Positions 63,001 through 64,000 of a DNA stretch of 64,000 nt are shown in pieces (position 1 is the stretch's first letter; each line of letters opens with the position of its first letter). Source of the stretch: Camelus dromedarius (lineage: Eukaryota); NCBI RefSeq assembly GCF_036321535.1, contig NC_087462.1, positions 2,790,001 through 2,854,000 on the forward strand, in the 5' to 3' direction. The notes below the pieces were generated by a model that did not search any database, was not told the DNA's origin, and saw nothing but the letters and a program-made list of their open reading frames with translations. Both the position numbers and the translations under genes were made by a program.

Positions 63001-63981
63001 CTCGCTCTTAGAGACGCTGCCTCGCACCTCAGGCCCAGGCTGTGCCTCGGGAGACTCAGGGCTGTCCTCCAGGTACAGAGTCCAACACTCAGAGACCCAG
63101 ACCCGCCTCCCAGGCACCTAAACCCGTCCCTGGAAAACATGTCCCGCCCCTAGACACCCAGTAGGGCTCACAGCAGTGAGACCTAACCCCCGCCCCTGCC
63201 CGGATGCAGCCTTGTACTCAACGCAACACCCAATGCCTGGAGACCTCACTCATTGTCCACCCTCAGCCCCAAGCTTTCCAGTCCGCCGCCATCCTGGAGA
63301 CCCTGGTCCACTTACGAGGGCATCTCGAGCGCACGGCGTGCCTCCTCTTTGGCCAGGGCCTCGGTCATCATGTACAGGTGTCCGGGAAGTAGGGTCAGGT
63401 TGAATGGGACACGGAGCTGAGGGGTGATTGGGGCGTCAGGGAACGGGCGGCTGTGCCCATGTCACAGAGGGGCAAACAGAGGCCAGAGTGTGGATGGAGC
63501 TAGGATGGAAACTCAGGTTTGGGGCTCCAGAGCTTCCTCACACCTCAAGTGCAAAGAGGGCTTAAAGAGGATGCGCAGAGAGACGGGTGCTGGGGAGGAG
63601 GGGGGGCAGATGCTAGAATGCAGGGTCTCAAATTCAACAGCTTGCAGGGGTCAGGCAGGGAACAAATGAGTAAAATAGAAATCAGGAATATTGACTAAAA
63701 CTCCTGGTTTTTAAGTGATAGCAGCTAACTTTTAAATTTATAGCACTTTGTTGGCAGGCAAAACAAAAGACATTTATGGGCTACATCTGGCTCATAGGCC
63801 TCCAGTTTGAGACCAGTGTGCTATACTCAAGAGGTTTTTTGGGGGAAGGATGGAAACACAAAGGAGGATTTCTGAGCAGGCCTAGTGGGGAATGGGAGAG
63901 AGGGGGCTGAGGGCAGCCACTCACCTCCACCACCGTCACGATGAAGCCTTTCCACATCTCCCGAGACTCCACACTCTCTAC
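60057..63981 (-). CDS. STAP2: Signal-transducing adaptor protein 2, 3' part (end of PH domain, SH2-like domain, Pro-rich tail)
   Basis: Minus-strand exons: 63925-63981 (VESVESREMWKGFIVTVVE), 63316-63416, 62713-62847 (CFLKVSRLEAQLLLERYPECGNLLLRPSGDG), 62264-62333, 62070-62172 (FSCASLDAVVNYF...DEDYEKV), 61879-61944, 60738-60881, 60557-60649, 60402-60476, 60057-60163 (...RRALEHAAARTGDQQANLQA*). Total 951 nt in frame, all GT-AG. The 5' exons lie beyond the window. Confidence 0.96.
60940..61450. repeat. TG/CA-rich low-complexity intron tract
   Basis: Degenerate (TG)n / ATGTGTG blocks in a STAP2 intron. Confidence 0.7.
62200..63050. promoter_or_regulatory. Intragenic CpG island in STAP2
   Basis: CpG-dense, with several CCCGCCC boxes and ACGCATGCGCA at 62701-62711. 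Confidence 0.55.
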
Positions 63982-64000
63982 CTGGGGAGGGAAAGAAAAA

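Overview
This is GC-rich, gene-dense mammalian genomic DNA, not microbial. Seven spliced protein-coding genes occur in the order I recall for human 19p13.3: ANKRD24 (last 4 exons, +), EBI3 (+), YJU2/CCDC94 (+), SHD (+), TMIGD2/CD28H (-), FSD1 (+) and STAP2 (last 10 exons, -). The introns hold MIR, L2, L1, MLT1 and hAT-type repeats plus about 8 copies of a young tRNA-Ala-derived SINE resembling camelid Vic-1, so the host is probably a camelid (inference). There are two N gaps (53613-53743 and 56822-57033), and the second probably hides FSD1 exon 9. I found no convincing new multi-gene system. The best observations are departures from the human/mouse orthologues: (1) the EBI3 exon-2 acceptor reads TG at the homologous position, with an in-frame AG 9 nt downstream; (2) STAP2 has YVNG in place of its STAT3-binding YXXQ motif and a 14-aa longer tail; (3) the FSD1 exon-6 acceptor is tandemly duplicated, and the upstream copy gives a frameshift and stop; (4) TMIGD2 is intact with a 27-aa longer tail; (5) two GC-shifted, ~93% identical L1 cores flank EBI3 exon 4. 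Human and mouse protein comparisons and repeat family names are from memory and need confirming by alignment and RepeatMasker.
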